DNA of 64,000 nt, taken from positions 928,001 to 992,000 of the forward strand of contig CBDEUK010000002.1 of NCBI GenBank assembly GCA_965243205.1, in the 5' to 3' direction. The position numbers and the translations under genes were made by a program. The notes under the pieces are model-generated. The model saw nothing but the letters and a program-made list of their open reading frames with translations, was not told the origin of the DNA and did no database searches. Source of the stretch: Gammaproteobacteria bacterium (GTDB lineage Bacteria > Pseudomonadota > Gammaproteobacteria > Eutrophobiales > Eutrophobiaceae). Below, piece after piece: positions 10,235-24,017 of the stretch (the first letter of the stretch is position 1; the number at the start of each line of letters is the position of its first letter).

Positions 10235-12385
10235 TTGAAGATTATATGTAACTTCCAAAAAAATATGGCCGATAAAATAACAATTACCGTTGACCATGAG
10301 GAATGGCTAAACAGCATCGGTTCAGCAACATTCGTCATTGATAATAATAGCAACGTGGTCTTCTGGAATCCTGCCTGTGAAATCATGACGGGGGTTGAAA
10401 AAACGGAAGTTTTGAATACAAACAAGCATTGGATGGGGTTTTATTCCTCAGAGCGCCCTTGTCTAGCCGATATGGTGATGGATGATGATTGGGAACAGAA
10501 AATTCATTTGTATGACAATATTGAACGGGCTACCAGTTCATCAAGAGGCTTATTAGCAAGTAACTGGTGTCAAACTCCTGCTGGGAATAAATTCTTAATT
10601 TTTGAAGCAAATGCCCTATTCGATCATGATGGTAAAATAGTCGGTGTCATTGAAACCTTGAGTGATGCAACTAAACTGAAACAAGTTGAAGAAAAACTAC
10701 AAGTGTATTCACGTGCCATAGAAGATTGTTCGTCATCTGTCGTAATAACTGATCCGCAAGGTAACATTGAATATGTAAATCCAAAATTTCTTAATGTTAC
10801 AGGATATACGCTATCAGAAATCACCGGCAATCATATTGATATGGTAAGGTCAGAAAAATTAATCTCCACCCCTGATTTTTGGGACTCCATCAAAAATAAT
10901 GGTGAATGGAGTAGTGAAATTCTCAGCAGAAAAAAAGATGGTAGTACTTATTGGAATCGTTGCTCATTATCAGCGGTATATAACGAAGAAGGAAAAATTA
11001 TTCATTTAGTTGGGCTAGAAGAAGATGTTACTAAAGAATATGAACTAACCCAAAAGCTTAACTTTGAAGCAAGTCATGACCTACTCACGGGTTTAAAGAA
11101 TAGACGCGAATTCGAACAACAAACTGAATCATTATTAAATAAAGATGAAAACAACGACACCATCCACTCTTTATGTTTTATCGATCTTGATAAATTTAAA
11201 GTCGTCAATGATACCTGTGGACATAATGCTGGTGACGAATTGTTACGTCAAGTTTCAAAATTGTTCAAAGAGAACGTCAGAAAAACTGATACCTTAGCTC
11301 GCTTGGGTGGTGATGAATTTGGGATCTTAATGGAAGATTGTGAATTAAAACATTCTATGCGAGTTGCCACTGACCTATTAAATGTTATCCAGGATTATCA
11401 ATTTTGTTGGGATGGCAAAACATTCAAAATAGGTGCAAGCATCGGTATTGTAGTATTTACAAATAATGCGATCCCAAATTTAATTGAGCTTTTAAAGCAA
11501 GCTGATTCTGCATGTTATATGGCAAAAGATTTAGGTCGTAATCGTATACATGTTTATAAGCCCGATGATTCTGAGCTAGCTAAACGGCATGGCGAGACTC
11601 AATGGGTCACGTTAATACAAAATGCTCTGGATGAGGATTTATTTTATTTAGATGCACAAGAGATTGTAAGTTTTGACCAATCTAAAACAAAACATTACGA
11701 ACTTCTTATTAGAATGCGTAATAAAGAAGGTATTAGTATACCGCCAGGTTCCTTTTTATCTTCCGCTGAAAGATATAGTCTTATCACAAAAATTGATCGA
11801 TGGGTCATAAAAACAGCTTGTAAACTCTTAAGTCAATATAAAAGTTTTCAAGAACAGATAAATTTTGTATCTATTAATTTATCAGGCCAATCATTAGCAA
11901 ATGATGAATTACTTGATTTTATTAATAACCAGTTAGATGAAACAGGTGTTAATGGTCATAAGATATGTTTTGAAATTACAGAAACATCCACAATCACTCA
12001 TTTAGAAAAAGCGCAAAATCTTATTAAAAACCTTAAAGAACGAGGTTGTTCATTTGCAATTGATGATTTTGGCTCAGGTTTTTCATCCTATGGTTATTTG
12101 AAATCATTACCTGTTGATTATCTAAAAATTGACGGCATTTTTGTAAAAGATATTATTCAAGATCCAATAGATTTAGCATTAGTTAAATCTATTAATGAAG
12201 TAGGTCATATTCTAAATATGAAAACTATTGCAGAATTTGTTGAGAATGACGATATTAGAAATATATTAGTTGATATTGGTGTTGATTATGGTCAAGGATA
12301 TGGCATCGGTAGACCAGAGAATTTTGAGGAATTGTTAAAACATACTAATGATATTTCATTAGAAAAAATTAGTCATGTGTCTTAA
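10235..12385 (+). CDS. PAS-PAS-GGDEF-EAL protein (start possibly ATG 10265)
   Basis: Two PAS domains, RLGGDEF, ELLIRM, DDFGSGFSS, QGY. Confidence 0.92.
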   Translation: MKIICNFQKNMADKITITVDHEEWLNSIGSATFVIDNNSNVVFWNPACEIMTGVEKTEVLNTNKHWMGFYSSERPCLADMVMDDDWEQKIHLYDNIERATSSSRGLLASNWCQTPAGNKFLIFEANALFDHDGKIVGVIETLSDATKLKQVEEKLQVYSRAIEDCSSSVVITDPQGNIEYVNPKFLNVTGYTLSEITGNHIDMVRSEKLISTPDFWDSIKNNGEWSSEILSRKKDGSTYWNRCSLSAVYNEEGKIIHLVGLEEDVTKEYELTQKLNFEASHDLLTGLKNRREFEQQTESLLNKDENNDTIHSLCFIDLDKFKVVNDTCGHNAGDELLRQVSKLFKENVRKTDTLARLGGDEFGILMEDCELKHSMRVATDLLNVIQDYQFCWDGKTFKIGASIGIVVFTNNAIPNLIELLKQADSACYMAKDLGRNRIHVYKPDDSELAKRHGETQWVTLIQNALDEDLFYLDAQEIVSFDQSKTKHYELLIRMRNKEGISIPPGSFLSSAERYSLITKIDRWVIKTACKLLSQYKSFQEQINFVSINLSGQSLANDELLDFINNQLDETGVNGHKICFEITETSTITHLEKAQNLIKNLKERGCSFAIDDFGSGFSSYGYLKSLPVDYLKIDGIFVKDIIQDPIDLALVKSINEVGHILNMKTIAEFVENDDIRNILVDIGVDYGQGYGIGRPENFEELLKHTNDISLEKISHVS

Positions 12386-12516
12386 AATTCAATCTTCATT
12401 AATTACAATTTTTTATTGTGGAAAGTTACGATAGAAAATTAATACATTTTTCAGGAGATAATCATTGAATTATTTTCCTGATTTTCCTTTTGCATGTATA
12501 GGATTGGAAAATACTA

Positions 12517-13791
12517 ATGAAACATAAAGCATTGATTGTTGAGCCGACCCGACTTTTTCAGAGAATTCTGATCAAGATCATGGATGATTATGGAATTGAA
12601 TGCCATTCATATACATCTTCAAAAGATGCTTTAGAAGATTCTCATGAAGAATACACCTTTATTATTGTCGCAAGAACATTAGAAGGAATATCGGGGGAAA
12701 TATTTCTCACTCATTTTAATGTAAAACATAATATAGGTAATGCTAAAACTGTATTAATGATTGCAGATGATGAAGACTCTTCATCGTTAGATAGAAACAA
12801 TACAAATTTCAACCAAATTTTATCCAAAAAAAATCTCAAGAACCTCCAAGACTTTATCATAAATCAAATCGATGAAACGTCATCTGATTTAAATGCAAAT
12901 ATACTTTTGATAGAAGATTCTAATTCTAGTGCCGTTTTGATTACGGCACTATTAGATGATTCTGGTAATAAAGTTACACATTTAACTACACTTGAAAAAT
13001 TTGATGAACTGTTTGAAAAAAACGACTTTGATATGATCTTAACGGATTATCATTTAACAGGAAATGAAAGCGGTGAAGATGTAATTTCATATGTTAGAAA
13101 TCATGAATCAGATATAAAATCTCATACTCCAATTTTAGTGATTTCTGCAAAAACAAATCTAAAGATGCGAACTTCATTACTAAAAAAGGGAGCTAATGAT
13201 GTAATAACTAAACCCTATGATAATGAAGAGTTGATTGCCAGAGCATATAACTTAATAAACAATGGCAGACTATACAAAAAAACTAAACTGCAAGAACAAA
13301 AACTAACCAAATTAGCTCATACAGATCAATTAACCGGCGTTTATAATCGTCATAGTTTGTATGATCTAGTACCAAAATATATTAGTAACGCCAAACGACA
13401 TAATATCCCATTATCACTACTTGTTCTTGATCTGGATCATTTTAAAAAAATAAATGATACGAAAGGCCATATAGTAGGGGATATTGTTTTAAAATCTGTT
13501 TCATCATTTCTACAAGAATATGTTCGCTCTGAAGATATGGTTGCCAGGTTTGGTGGTGAGGAATTTGTAATAATACTCGTAGATTGTAATCTCAATAGTG
13601 CCCTAGAAACGGCTGAAAGATTAAGAGAGTCTATAGAAGAAATAAAACCTGAAGCATTAATTGTTACATCAAGTATTGGAGTTTCCGAACTGCTACCTCA
13701 AGATGATGACTTTGATAACCTATTTGAACGTGCTGATAAAGCAGTTTATGAAGCAAAAGATAAAGGTAGAAACAAAGTCGTTGCTTTATAA
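12517..13791 (+). CDS. Dual-receiver diguanylate cyclase (PleD-like)
   Basis: Degenerate REC plus REC (LTDYHL, KPY), then RSED I-site and GGEEF. Confidence 0.9.
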   Translation: MKHKALIVEPTRLFQRILIKIMDDYGIECHSYTSSKDALEDSHEEYTFIIVARTLEGISGEIFLTHFNVKHNIGNAKTVLMIADDEDSSSLDRNNTNFNQILSKKNLKNLQDFIINQIDETSSDLNANILLIEDSNSSAVLITALLDDSGNKVTHLTTLEKFDELFEKNDFDMILTDYHLTGNESGEDVISYVRNHESDIKSHTPILVISAKTNLKMRTSLLKKGANDVITKPYDNEELIARAYNLINNGRLYKKTKLQEQKLTKLAHTDQLTGVYNRHSLYDLVPKYISNAKRHNIPLSLLVLDLDHFKKINDTKGHIVGDIVLKSVSSFLQEYVRSEDMVARFGGEEFVIILVDCNLNSALETAERLRESIEEIKPEALIVTSSIGVSELLPQDDDFDNLFERADKAVYEAKDKGRNKVVAL

Positions 13792-14035
13792 ATTATTATA
13801 TTTTAATGAGCAACTTTCCAAATAACTGAATATTTTAATCCATTCCAATTACAAACTTTAGATACTAGATATTACAGTAATATTTACATAAAACTATAAA
13901 TTTCAATCACTTAATTTCTAATTGATATTATTCATTCAATTTAAAATGAGAATGAAAATATCACTATTTCTATCAAGTATTCTAAAAATCCGCCGCTATC
14001 TCTACAAATGTGCCAAGAATAATTAGCTTAACAAC

Positions 14036-15361
14036 TTGAAGAGTGTGAGTGATATGTTCAATTTTAGTAAGAAAAAACAGGAAGAGCCTGAAATCAATTT
14101 TCAGCTAGAGGAACAAAAATGCATTATCGATGGTATTAAACGGTCGATGGCATTTATCGAATTTTCACTCGACGGTAAAATTATTGATGCCAATGATAAT
14201 TTTCTAAATACGGTCGGCTACAACAAAGATGAAATTATCGGTAATCATCATAAAATATTTTGTGAACCAGAATATGCTGAAAGTAATGATTATAAAGATT
14301 TCTGGTCTAAGTTAAATAATGGAGAATTTATAAAGGGCCGCTTCAAACGATTAAGTAAATCAGGTGATGTAATTTGGTTACAAGCCACTTACACTCCTAT
14401 TTATGACCATCAAAACAAACTTAGTAAAGTCGTTAAGTTCGCTTCCAACGTTACCGAAAATGTTGAAAAGGCATTAAAGGAACGCGCCAAACTAGAGTCT
14501 CTTAATCGTTCTACTGCGATTATTGAATTCAATCCTGATGGTACAATCATCGATTGTAATGAAAATTTTTTAGCCACTGTTAAATACAAAAAAGAAGATG
14601 TTATTGGTAAACATCATAGAATTTTTTGTGATACTGAATATACAGAGTCATCTGAATATAACGATTTCTGGCGTCGTCTTAATAAAGGAGAGTTTTTTAG
14701 TGGTCAGTTCAAACGAGTAAATAGTTATGGCGATACCATTTGGCTAGAAGCTTCTTACAATCCTGTTTATGATGAAGAAGGGAATCTTAGTCGTATTGTT
14801 AAATTCGCTTCAGACATCACGGAACAAACTGAAAGATCTCATAAAGAACGAGAAAGTGTAAAATCAGCTTATAGTATTTCTAATGATACTTCGAAAACGG
14901 CTGAAGAAGGTGCAAGAATTATCAATAATGCTATAGAAGAAATGAATAAAATTGCAGGCTCAGTTCGTTCTTCCTCTGAACATATAGAAAACCTAAATCA
15001 ACAATCCAGTGATATTAATTCAATTGTTAAAACCATTCAGGACATCGCAGACCAAACTAATTTACTCGCATTAAATGCTGCAATTGAAGCAGCTAGAGCG
15101 GGCGAACAAGGTAGAGGATTCGCTGTTGTAGCAGATGAAGTTCGTACACTTGCTGCAAGAACATCTGAATCTACATCAGAAATATCCGGTATGGTAACTA
15201 ATATTCAAACAAATACTAAAAATGCGTCAACTAGTATGGAAACCTGTTTAAACCAAGTAAATCTTGGTGTTGATTTAGCGCATGAAACAGGTGAAGCAAT
15301 CACACGTATTCAAAAAAGTGCGACTGAAGTAGTAAGTGCAGTCGATAATTTAGCAAAATAA
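14036..15361 (+). CDS. Cytoplasmic PAS-PAS methyl-accepting chemotaxis protein (BdlA-like)
   Basis: Two PAS repeats (IGxHHxIFC...WLxAxYxP); [34 protein letters not shown]; no TM segment. Confidence 0.93.
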   Translation: MKSVSDMFNFSKKKQEEPEINFQLEEQKCIIDGIKRSMAFIEFSLDGKIIDANDNFLNTVGYNKDEIIGNHHKIFCEPEYAESNDYKDFWSKLNNGEFIKGRFKRLSKSGDVIWLQATYTPIYDHQNKLSKVVKFASNVTENVEKALKERAKLESLNRSTAIIEFNPDGTIIDCNENFLATVKYKKEDVIGKHHRIFCDTEYTESSEYNDFWRRLNKGEFFSGQFKRVNSYGDTIWLEASYNPVYDEEGNLSRIVKFASDITEQTERSHKERESVKSAYSISNDTSKTAEEGARIINNAIEEMNKIAGSVRSSSEHIENLNQQSSDINSIVKTIQDIADQTNLLALNAAIEAARAGEQGRGFAVVADEVRTLAARTSESTSEISGMVTNIQTNTKNASTSMETCLNQVNLGVDLAHETGEAITRIQKSATEVVSAVDNLAK

Positions 15362-15567
15362 ATATTACAAAGAATAAAACCATTATTCATATTAGAAACG
15401 CTATCATTGAAAATCAATTAAAACGCACATTTCAAAATCAACCTCTAAATTACTTTCTTGAACCACATTATTTAAACTTATCAATAGAACTCCATTTTTT
15501 TTATTAACTGTCTTTGTCAAATTCGTATTCTAATTCAAATCCATTAACATTGATTTAGAATGCCTTT

Positions 15568-15843
15568 ATGGATAAATATTTACTTAATGATTTGGAATTA
15601 TATCAAGTTGATCTAAATCGGATCATAGAAATGGCTTGGGAAGATCGAACTCCATTTGAAGCCATAAGACATGAGTATAATTTGGACGAAAAAAACGTCG
15701 TGAAACTTATGCGGCGTAATCTAACAAACCGCAGCTTTAAGTCATGGCGAAAACGTGTTTCTGGCCGCAACACCAAGCATGTACGACTACGTGGATTTAT
15801 TATTTCCCGCGCTTTTTGTCCAACTCAATACAAATATAGCTAA
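15568..15843 (+). CDS. DUF2805/TIGR03643 family protein
   Basis: RIIEMAWEDRTPFEAI...SFKSWRKRVSGRNTKH; this family is typically found next to photolyases. Confidence 0.85.
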   Translation: MDKYLLNDLELYQVDLNRIIEMAWEDRTPFEAIRHEYNLDEKNVVKLMRRNLTNRSFKSWRKRVSGRNTKHVRLRGFIISRAFCPTQYKYS

Positions 15844-15855
15844 ACAAACATTCAA

Positions 15856-17172
15856 ATGAAAAGCCTTGTTTGGTTTACACAAGATCTTAGAATTCACGAT
15901 AATCCGCTGCTTGCAAAAGCACATCAAACTTCTTCAGAAATCTTACATGTGTTTTTTATTCATGACCGATTAAGACTCGACTATATGCCCGGGATACATC
16001 AGCCTAGTCAAAACCGACAAATTTTCTTATTTCAAGCTTTAGCTGACCTCCGTAATCAGCTCCGAGAGAAAGGACATGATTTATTTGTATTGAATTCAAG
16101 TAGTCGTCAACTATTACCTGCTATTATCGAGAAATATAATATTGATACTGTTTATCGTTCAATAATACACGGCTATGACGAAAAAATGGATTTAGAGCTT
16201 TGTAAAAAAGCATCTCCACAAACAAATTTTAAAACGATTTCATCATTCACGTTATATACTCAACAACAGTTGCCTTTCCCTTTGGATGAATTGCCAAATC
16301 ATTTTACGCCATTTCGTAAACTTATAGAAAAAAATTCTATTACAAACCGAAAACGTTCAAACACTATTAATTGGTCAAAACCAATTTACTTTGAACAAGA
16401 AAATATATTTTATTCAACAGAACGTTTAGAAAAAAAATCAGAAGAAGTTTTTATTGGTGGAGAAACATCAGCACTTAAACAATTAAACGATTATTTTTCA
16501 TCTAAAGCACCTTCCACATATAAACAAACACGTAATTCATTGATGGGTTTTAAAAACACTACCAAACTTTCTCCTTGGTTAGCTCAAGGCAGTTTATCGG
16601 TTGTGGAATTAATACATCAACTAAAAAAATATGAAAAAAAACATGGCGCTAATGAATCTACTTATTGGATTTATTTTGAAATTTTATGGAGAGAATATTT
16701 TTATTGGAATGCAGTTTTATACGAAAAGACTTTATTTGATAAAAAAGGTAGACGTGATATATCTCCATTAACAACGTTCTATCCTGAACGTTTTAATGCA
16801 TGGATAAATGGGACAACGGAATGGCCAATTGTAAATGCATGTATGAAAGAACTTGCTGCCACAGGTTTTATGAGTAATCGTGGAAGACAATTAGTAGCCA
16901 GTTGTTTTGTACATGAATTAGCAATGGATTGGCGCTACGGTGCTGCTTACTTTGAACAAGAACTAATTGATTATGACGTAGGTTCTAACTGGGGTAATTG
17001 GCAATATCTCGCAGGAGTCGGAGCTGACCCGAGAGGTTATCGCAAATTTGATTTAAAAAAACAAACACAAATATACGATCCAGATGAAAAGTTTATTACA
17101 TATTGGCAAGGCAATAAAAACCAATTTTCCATAAACCAAAGAGATGCTGCGGACTGGCCTATAGAGATTTAA
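15856..17172 (+). CDS. DASH-family cryptochrome/photolyase
   Basis: WFTQDLRIHDN, TKLSPWLAQG, FEILWREYF, GFMSNRGRQ, SNWGNWQYLAGVGADPR. Confidence 0.93.
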   Translation: MKSLVWFTQDLRIHDNPLLAKAHQTSSEILHVFFIHDRLRLDYMPGIHQPSQNRQIFLFQALADLRNQLREKGHDLFVLNSSSRQLLPAIIEKYNIDTVYRSIIHGYDEKMDLELCKKASPQTNFKTISSFTLYTQQQLPFPLDELPNHFTPFRKLIEKNSITNRKRSNTINWSKPIYFEQENIFYSTERLEKKSEEVFIGGETSALKQLNDYFSSKAPSTYKQTRNSLMGFKNTTKLSPWLAQGSLSVVELIHQLKKYEKKHGANESTYWIYFEILWREYFYWNAVLYEKTLFDKKGRRDISPLTTFYPERFNAWINGTTEWPIVNACMKELAATGFMSNRGRQLVASCFVHELAMDWRYGAAYFEQELIDYDVGSNWGNWQYLAGVGADPRGYRKFDLKKQTQIYDPDEKFITYWQGNKNQFSINQRDAADWPIEI

Positions 17173-17193
17173 AAAAATCGATCTCTGTTTATT

Positions 17194-17733
17194 TTATCCT
17201 AACGAACGTCTATTTTTTAATGGTTGATTATTGATTGCAGTATTTTGAAATTCTTTAATCATATAAATTTTTTTCTTAAATTCTAGATGATGTTTTTTAT
17301 TTTCTAAATAATCCATCAATTTAAATAAATTGATAGGTTGCTGTTCTATTAGCTGACAGATATTTTCAACAGCTTTTTCGTGTTCATAATGATCAATAAA
17401 CTGACAGGCAGTTTGAGTTGGTGTCAGTATATAAAAATCTTGCTGACGCTTTGGAGTATATCGAATGATATCAAAAGGTGATGAACCTAATGCATGAAAT
17501 TTAGGAATAATACATTGCACATCTTCAACGTTATTTACTACTACATTACCACTCAATTGTTTAAATCCCTGAGTTTCTAGCATTTCAATAACATACTGAC
17601 GCATCGCAGGAGAGACCATATCGATATCAGAACGGTCATAATGTAGTTCATCAAAAATAGAAATAATATTGTCAGGTTGATTTAACAAATAAAGATAACG
17701 CCATTTTTTAATGATCGTTGTTTTATCTAACAT
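17194..17733 (-). CDS. Hypothetical protein
   Basis: 179-aa ORF 3 bp downstream of the ABM gene; no recognised motif. Confidence 0.7.
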   Translation of the reverse strand: MLDKTTIIKKWRYLYLLNQPDNIISIFDELHYDRSDIDMVSPAMRQYVIEMLETQGFKQLSGNVVVNNVEDVQCIIPKFHALGSSPFDIIRYTPKRQQDFYILTPTQTACQFIDHYEHEKAVENICQLIEQQPINLFKLMDYLENKKHHLEFKKKIYMIKEFQNTAINNQPLKNRRSLG

Positions 17734-17736
17734 TCA

Positions 17737-18309
17737 CTATTTCTTCTGACAATGTAACCATCGATGAAATAAACGTGACATCAATGGCATTAATACATAA
17801 GTCATCATTAATACCATAATCACAGAGAGTATTGCTATTTGAATAACGATATGAAAATTAGAAATTAACGATGATAATATATAATGCAATACAATAGATA
17901 ATGGAAAGATAGATAGCCAAACAATAATCGCCATTTTATGTTTTGGTGGTGGTACTAATGCTTCTCCACCTGGTAGAGTAAACCATGTTTCTAGACCACT
18001 GAGAATTTCGATCTCTTGCTCTTCTTGTTCAACTTTAGCGTATTCTTGCATCCAATGTTGGCGTACATCTGAACTTTCCCAAGCAAGATAATGACGCATG
18101 GAATCAAATTTAAACACAATACGGTAGTAATCCCCAACTGCTGTCGGCCGAATAATGTTAGCTCCTAGATGACCATCAAACATCATCGCATCTCTAGTCG
18201 TACCTGACATGATTTTTTCAAACTCATCAATGCGTTCAGGTTTCGGTTTTCTTTTTACAATAATCGTAACAGGACTATCACAATCGATACCAGAATCTTG
18301 CTTAGTCAT
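17737..18309 (-). CDS. Antibiotic biosynthesis monooxygenase-like protein with two C-terminal TM helices
   Basis: FDGHLGANIIRP...SGLETWFTLP...PPKHKMAIIVWLSIFP...MTYVLMP. Confidence 0.85.
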   Translation of the reverse strand: MTKQDSGIDCDSPVTIIVKRKPKPERIDEFEKIMSGTTRDAMMFDGHLGANIIRPTAVGDYYRIVFKFDSMRHYLAWESSDVRQHWMQEYAKVEQEEQEIEILSGLETWFTLPGGEALVPPPKHKMAIIVWLSIFPLSIVLHYILSSLISNFHIVIQIAILSVIMVLMMTYVLMPLMSRLFHRWLHCQKK

Positions 18310-18482
18310 TAGTGAAGTAACCTCATGAATTCATATTAAAGTAAATTTAATTTATCTACGTAAAAACTAATAGCAAAATCATTAAAATATATAACCCACC
18401 ATATTCCGAACAGCGCAAATAAATACTGCTAACCTATATTAAAGAAATAGTTTAAAGACTAACTATTCTTCATTCTCATTCA

Positions 18483-20750
<2,268 letters not shown>

Positions 20751-20950
20751 TTTGCTAGAGTTAAGCTCGACCACGAAACGACGCAAGGAAGCGCCGTTGA
20801 TTAAATTGAAAGAATATTTCTTTTAAATTGTAAAAACTTGCTATGTTTTTAGTAAACTCTACTTATTGTCATATTATTAGTTTAATATGACTTCTAATTA
20901 TCCTCTGATTAAAAACTAAAACATAAGTTAATAATAAATAAGGAAGCATC

Positions 20951-21928
20951 ATGCTCCAACTAATTCGTAAATTTTTTATTAGTGTATTTTTTTATTTCTA
21001 TGTAGTGACTGTTCAAGCTACAACCTACAGCAATGTTTTTTTCTTTGGTGACAGTCTTACTGATACAGGTAGCCCAGTAGTCATTGGGTTTGTAACCAAC
21101 CCACCTTTTTCAGGCAACACCTATTCCGATGGTCCAGCATGGTCAACCACCTTTGCAAATAATCTTGGTTTTTCAGATGTGTATGGCGTGAATAATTTTG
21201 CCGTGGGTGGTGCCAGGAGTTTTGATCTTAATAATGATGCGACTGCTTATGGAGGAGTGTCTCAAGTAAATCAATATTTAACAGTATCTGCAGGCATTGC
21301 TGATGCCAATGCTTTATACGTTATCAATATTGGGGTGAATGATTTCTTTGATTCCTCAAATACAGGCTTGCCCCCAAGTCAAGTTATTACCAGTGTCTTA
21401 TCAAATATATCGACAGCAATATCGACATTGCAAAATGCTGGCGCACAACATTTTCTGTTAATGGATGCAACTGATTTAGTTAGCGTCTCTCCCAATACTG
21501 CTGATGAAATTAAAGCGCTTGTTAGAAGTGTAGGTCTTGATTTGCAGGCGCAATTTGCCACTGAATTTTCTAATCATCTGGTTTTCAGTCAACTCGATTT
21601 TTTTGATGCAATGAAAGCAATACATTTAGATAGCAATGGTAATGTTGGAATTACACCTGGTGAAACTGCAGCATATTGCCTTAATAACGTAACTTGTAAT
21701 GCTAATGCACCAGCAGGTGACAGCAGTAGTTTTCTATTGTTTGATACTATTCATCCAACCAAAAGTGTTAATGAAGCATTAGGTAATGCAGTCACCGCTG
21801 CAGTGGTTATGACTACTCCAACAACAGTACCCTTCCCTGTAATGTCTTTATTACTTTTAGCAGTAATACTGGGTAATTTTGGATTTATATTTACTAGTAA
21901 ATCATCACGTTCAAAACTAGAGTTCTAA
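20951..21928 (+). CDS. SGNH/GDSL esterase with C-terminal membrane-anchor/sorting tail
   Basis: FGDSLTDTG, NFAVGGA, IGVND, FDTIHPT; tail VPFPVMSLLLLAVILG...KSSRSK. Confidence 0.88.
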   Translation: MLQLIRKFFISVFFYFYVVTVQATTYSNVFFFGDSLTDTGSPVVIGFVTNPPFSGNTYSDGPAWSTTFANNLGFSDVYGVNNFAVGGARSFDLNNDATAYGGVSQVNQYLTVSAGIADANALYVINIGVNDFFDSSNTGLPPSQVITSVLSNISTAISTLQNAGAQHFLLMDATDLVSVSPNTADEIKALVRSVGLDLQAQFATEFSNHLVFSQLDFFDAMKAIHLDSNGNVGITPGETAAYCLNNVTCNANAPAGDSSSFLLFDTIHPTKSVNEALGNAVTAAVVMTTPTTVPFPVMSLLLLAVILGNFGFIFTSKSSRSKLEF

Positions 21929-21946
21929 TAAAATAGCTTCTCTATT

Positions 21947-22507
21947 TTACTTTTTACACAACGTGTTAATATCTTCTGTAATTTTTTTAATAGAATCAGA
22001 GAGTGCATTTTGAAAAGATTTTTTCACTTCATCACCATCACCAGACCAATTAACACTCGAATCTCTTCCTCTATAATATTTTAATTTATCTAATTTATAA
22101 TTTTTTACAGCCAATACTAGATTGCTTGCTTTTGAAGTTTCAGATGACCTTATATGAGCTAATTTTAAAGAGATGTCTATTTTATAATTTATATTTGTAT
22201 CAGAATATCCATTGTTAACTATAAATCCGTTTCTATTAAAAGTATCTTTTATCCATACAATTAAATCTTCACTTAAAATTTCACGGAAGCCAAGATTACC
22301 TAAACTATTTTTATCATTGCGAATATCATCAACTTTTTGTATATAAACATCACAAAGTAAATTACTCGAATCAATTTTTTGTTTTGATTGTTTTTTTTGA
22401 ACAGTGGCAGATTCATTAAAGGAAACTACCATCGGTTCAGTACTACAAGCTGACGTTATTAGAAAAAGAATAGGTATAAGATATCGATATACTCTTATTC
22501 TCTGCAT
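21947..22507 (-). CDS. Hypothetical lipoprotein
   Basis: Lipobox ITSAC; VDDIRND strand resembling YajG-type lipoproteins. Confidence 0.7.
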   Translation of the reverse strand: MQRIRVYRYLIPILFLITSACSTEPMVVSFNESATVQKKQSKQKIDSSNLLCDVYIQKVDDIRNDKNSLGNLGFREILSEDLIVWIKDTFNRNGFIVNNGYSDTNINYKIDISLKLAHIRSSETSKASNLVLAVKNYKLDKLKYYRGRDSSVNWSGDGDEVKKSFQNALSDSIKKITEDINTLCKK

Positions 22508-22517
22508 AAAAAATATC

Positions 22518-23252
22518 TTAATTTGAAATATTATTAGTTAGTAAATCATGTTTTATATTCAGAGCTATTTCTCTAGCATTTTTATTTAAAGCTTCTTTAA
22601 TTTCTTCTGCATCATGTTTTTCTCCACCGTACTTCAAAGGAGTAACAGAAGTTATAGTGTTATGATAAATATTATCTTCCTGATCCACTAGGCTTTCATT
22701 TTTATCATCAATCTCTCTGTATTCTAATAGAGACTCTTTTACAGGGAACATGAATAATTCGACACGAGTTTCTACAGATTGAAAATCAGGACTCATAAAA
22801 TATTTTGCTGTTAAGAATAATGTAGCTGAAGCCTTTGATAAATTATGTTTATTTTTAAATAAATCTTTTTGTGCAGCTCTTTCTAAAACTAAATCATTGA
22901 CTTTAAATTTTTCAATTAACTTAAACTCTTCTCCAAGTTGTTTCCATAACACATCAGCATAATCATAATCAATCAATTCATCACGAATAGGAGATACAGA
23001 TTCTTCAGCTTCATCTGTTTGAGAGCTTTCAATCGCCACATCAATTAAAGCAAAAAGTAAACCACCACCCGTTGCTGCAGTAATGTTAGAACCTTCTATA
23101 TCACCATAGATTTCATCTTGATCAACTATTAGAAAAGCATCTACATCATTTATTTTTTGACGTGCAGTTGGCTCTAAATGATGAGTAGGCTTTATCGAAT
23201 TACATCCAGATAAGATAAATAAAGATAACAAAACTAATATTAGCTTTTTCAT
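22518..23252 (-). CDS. Hypothetical lipoprotein
   Basis: Lipobox LSGC; GGGLLFALIDVAIE glycine-rich hydrophobic segment. Confidence 0.75.
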   Translation of the reverse strand: MKKLILVLLSLFILSGCNSIKPTHHLEPTARQKINDVDAFLIVDQDEIYGDIEGSNITAATGGGLLFALIDVAIESSQTDEAEESVSPIRDELIDYDYADVLWKQLGEEFKLIEKFKVNDLVLERAAQKDLFKNKHNLSKASATLFLTAKYFMSPDFQSVETRVELFMFPVKESLLEYREIDDKNESLVDQEDNIYHNTITSVTPLKYGGEKHDAEEIKEALNKNAREIALNIKHDLLTNNISN

Positions 23253-23292
23253 AGTAAATAATTTTTCCTATTTAAGTTTATTATGATTTAAA

Positions 23293-23832
23293 TTAATTTA
23301 GTAACGATTCGAATTCTTGATGATTAATAATTTTTCCAATTAAGTTTTGTACAGCAGGAATTAATGCCTTAGCAGTATTACTACATGCAACTTCTCCAAA
23401 AAAACTTGTATCATAATTGTAGTTTTCATTAATCATAATAGATTTACCATTTGAAGATTTTATGCTCAAAGATAAATACCAAACACCCGAATTTGATGAA
23501 AAATCAATATGATCTAAATTACCAGTTAATATGATAGGAGCATTATTAGAAAAGATATTGGCAGTTTCTAATTCTTCTTTAAAAGATTGCTTTATAAATT
23601 CTTCAAAGGTTTTTCTTCCTGGAGTTTCTATAGGGCCAATTCCTCTGCACATAATTGTGGTTCTTTCTGGGGTAGAAGATGTAAATTCACCGAGATTAAT
23701 TTTTTTATCGGTTAATTCTTCTAATCTATTCACATTATCTATAGATAATGAATAGCGATTAGCAGAATAGCTAGAGCAGCCACTAAAAAAAATGGTTATT
23801 ACAAATATGATAACAATTTTTAGGTAGGACAT
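23293..23832 (-). CDS. Hypothetical lipoprotein
   Basis: Lipobox FSGC; internal CRG and AC Cys pair. Confidence 0.75.
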   Translation of the reverse strand: MSYLKIVIIFVITIFFSGCSSYSANRYSLSIDNVNRLEELTDKKINLGEFTSSTPERTTIMCRGIGPIETPGRKTFEEFIKQSFKEELETANIFSNNAPIILTGNLDHIDFSSNSGVWYLSLSIKSSNGKSIMINENYNYDTSFFGEVACSNTAKALIPAVQNLIGKIINHQEFESLLN

Positions 23833-24017
23833 TTTCCTTCCTTAGAAATTATACTTATTATTCAGAATATATATTTTTTAACAGCTTTTAAAAAAAACAT
23901 CAAGCCTCTAATATAATTTATTTATATTGATAGAGTTTCGAAACTATTAATAATTACTCAATAATTATTAATTTTTTATCTGAATATATACATAATTATA
24001 ATATTTATTTTGGTTTT

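Noticed and set aside
20776-20797. Hairpin AACGACGC-AAGGAA-GCGCCGTT after katG
   Set aside because: Single imperfect stem with no clear U-tract; I cannot distinguish terminator, REP or CsrA-type loop.
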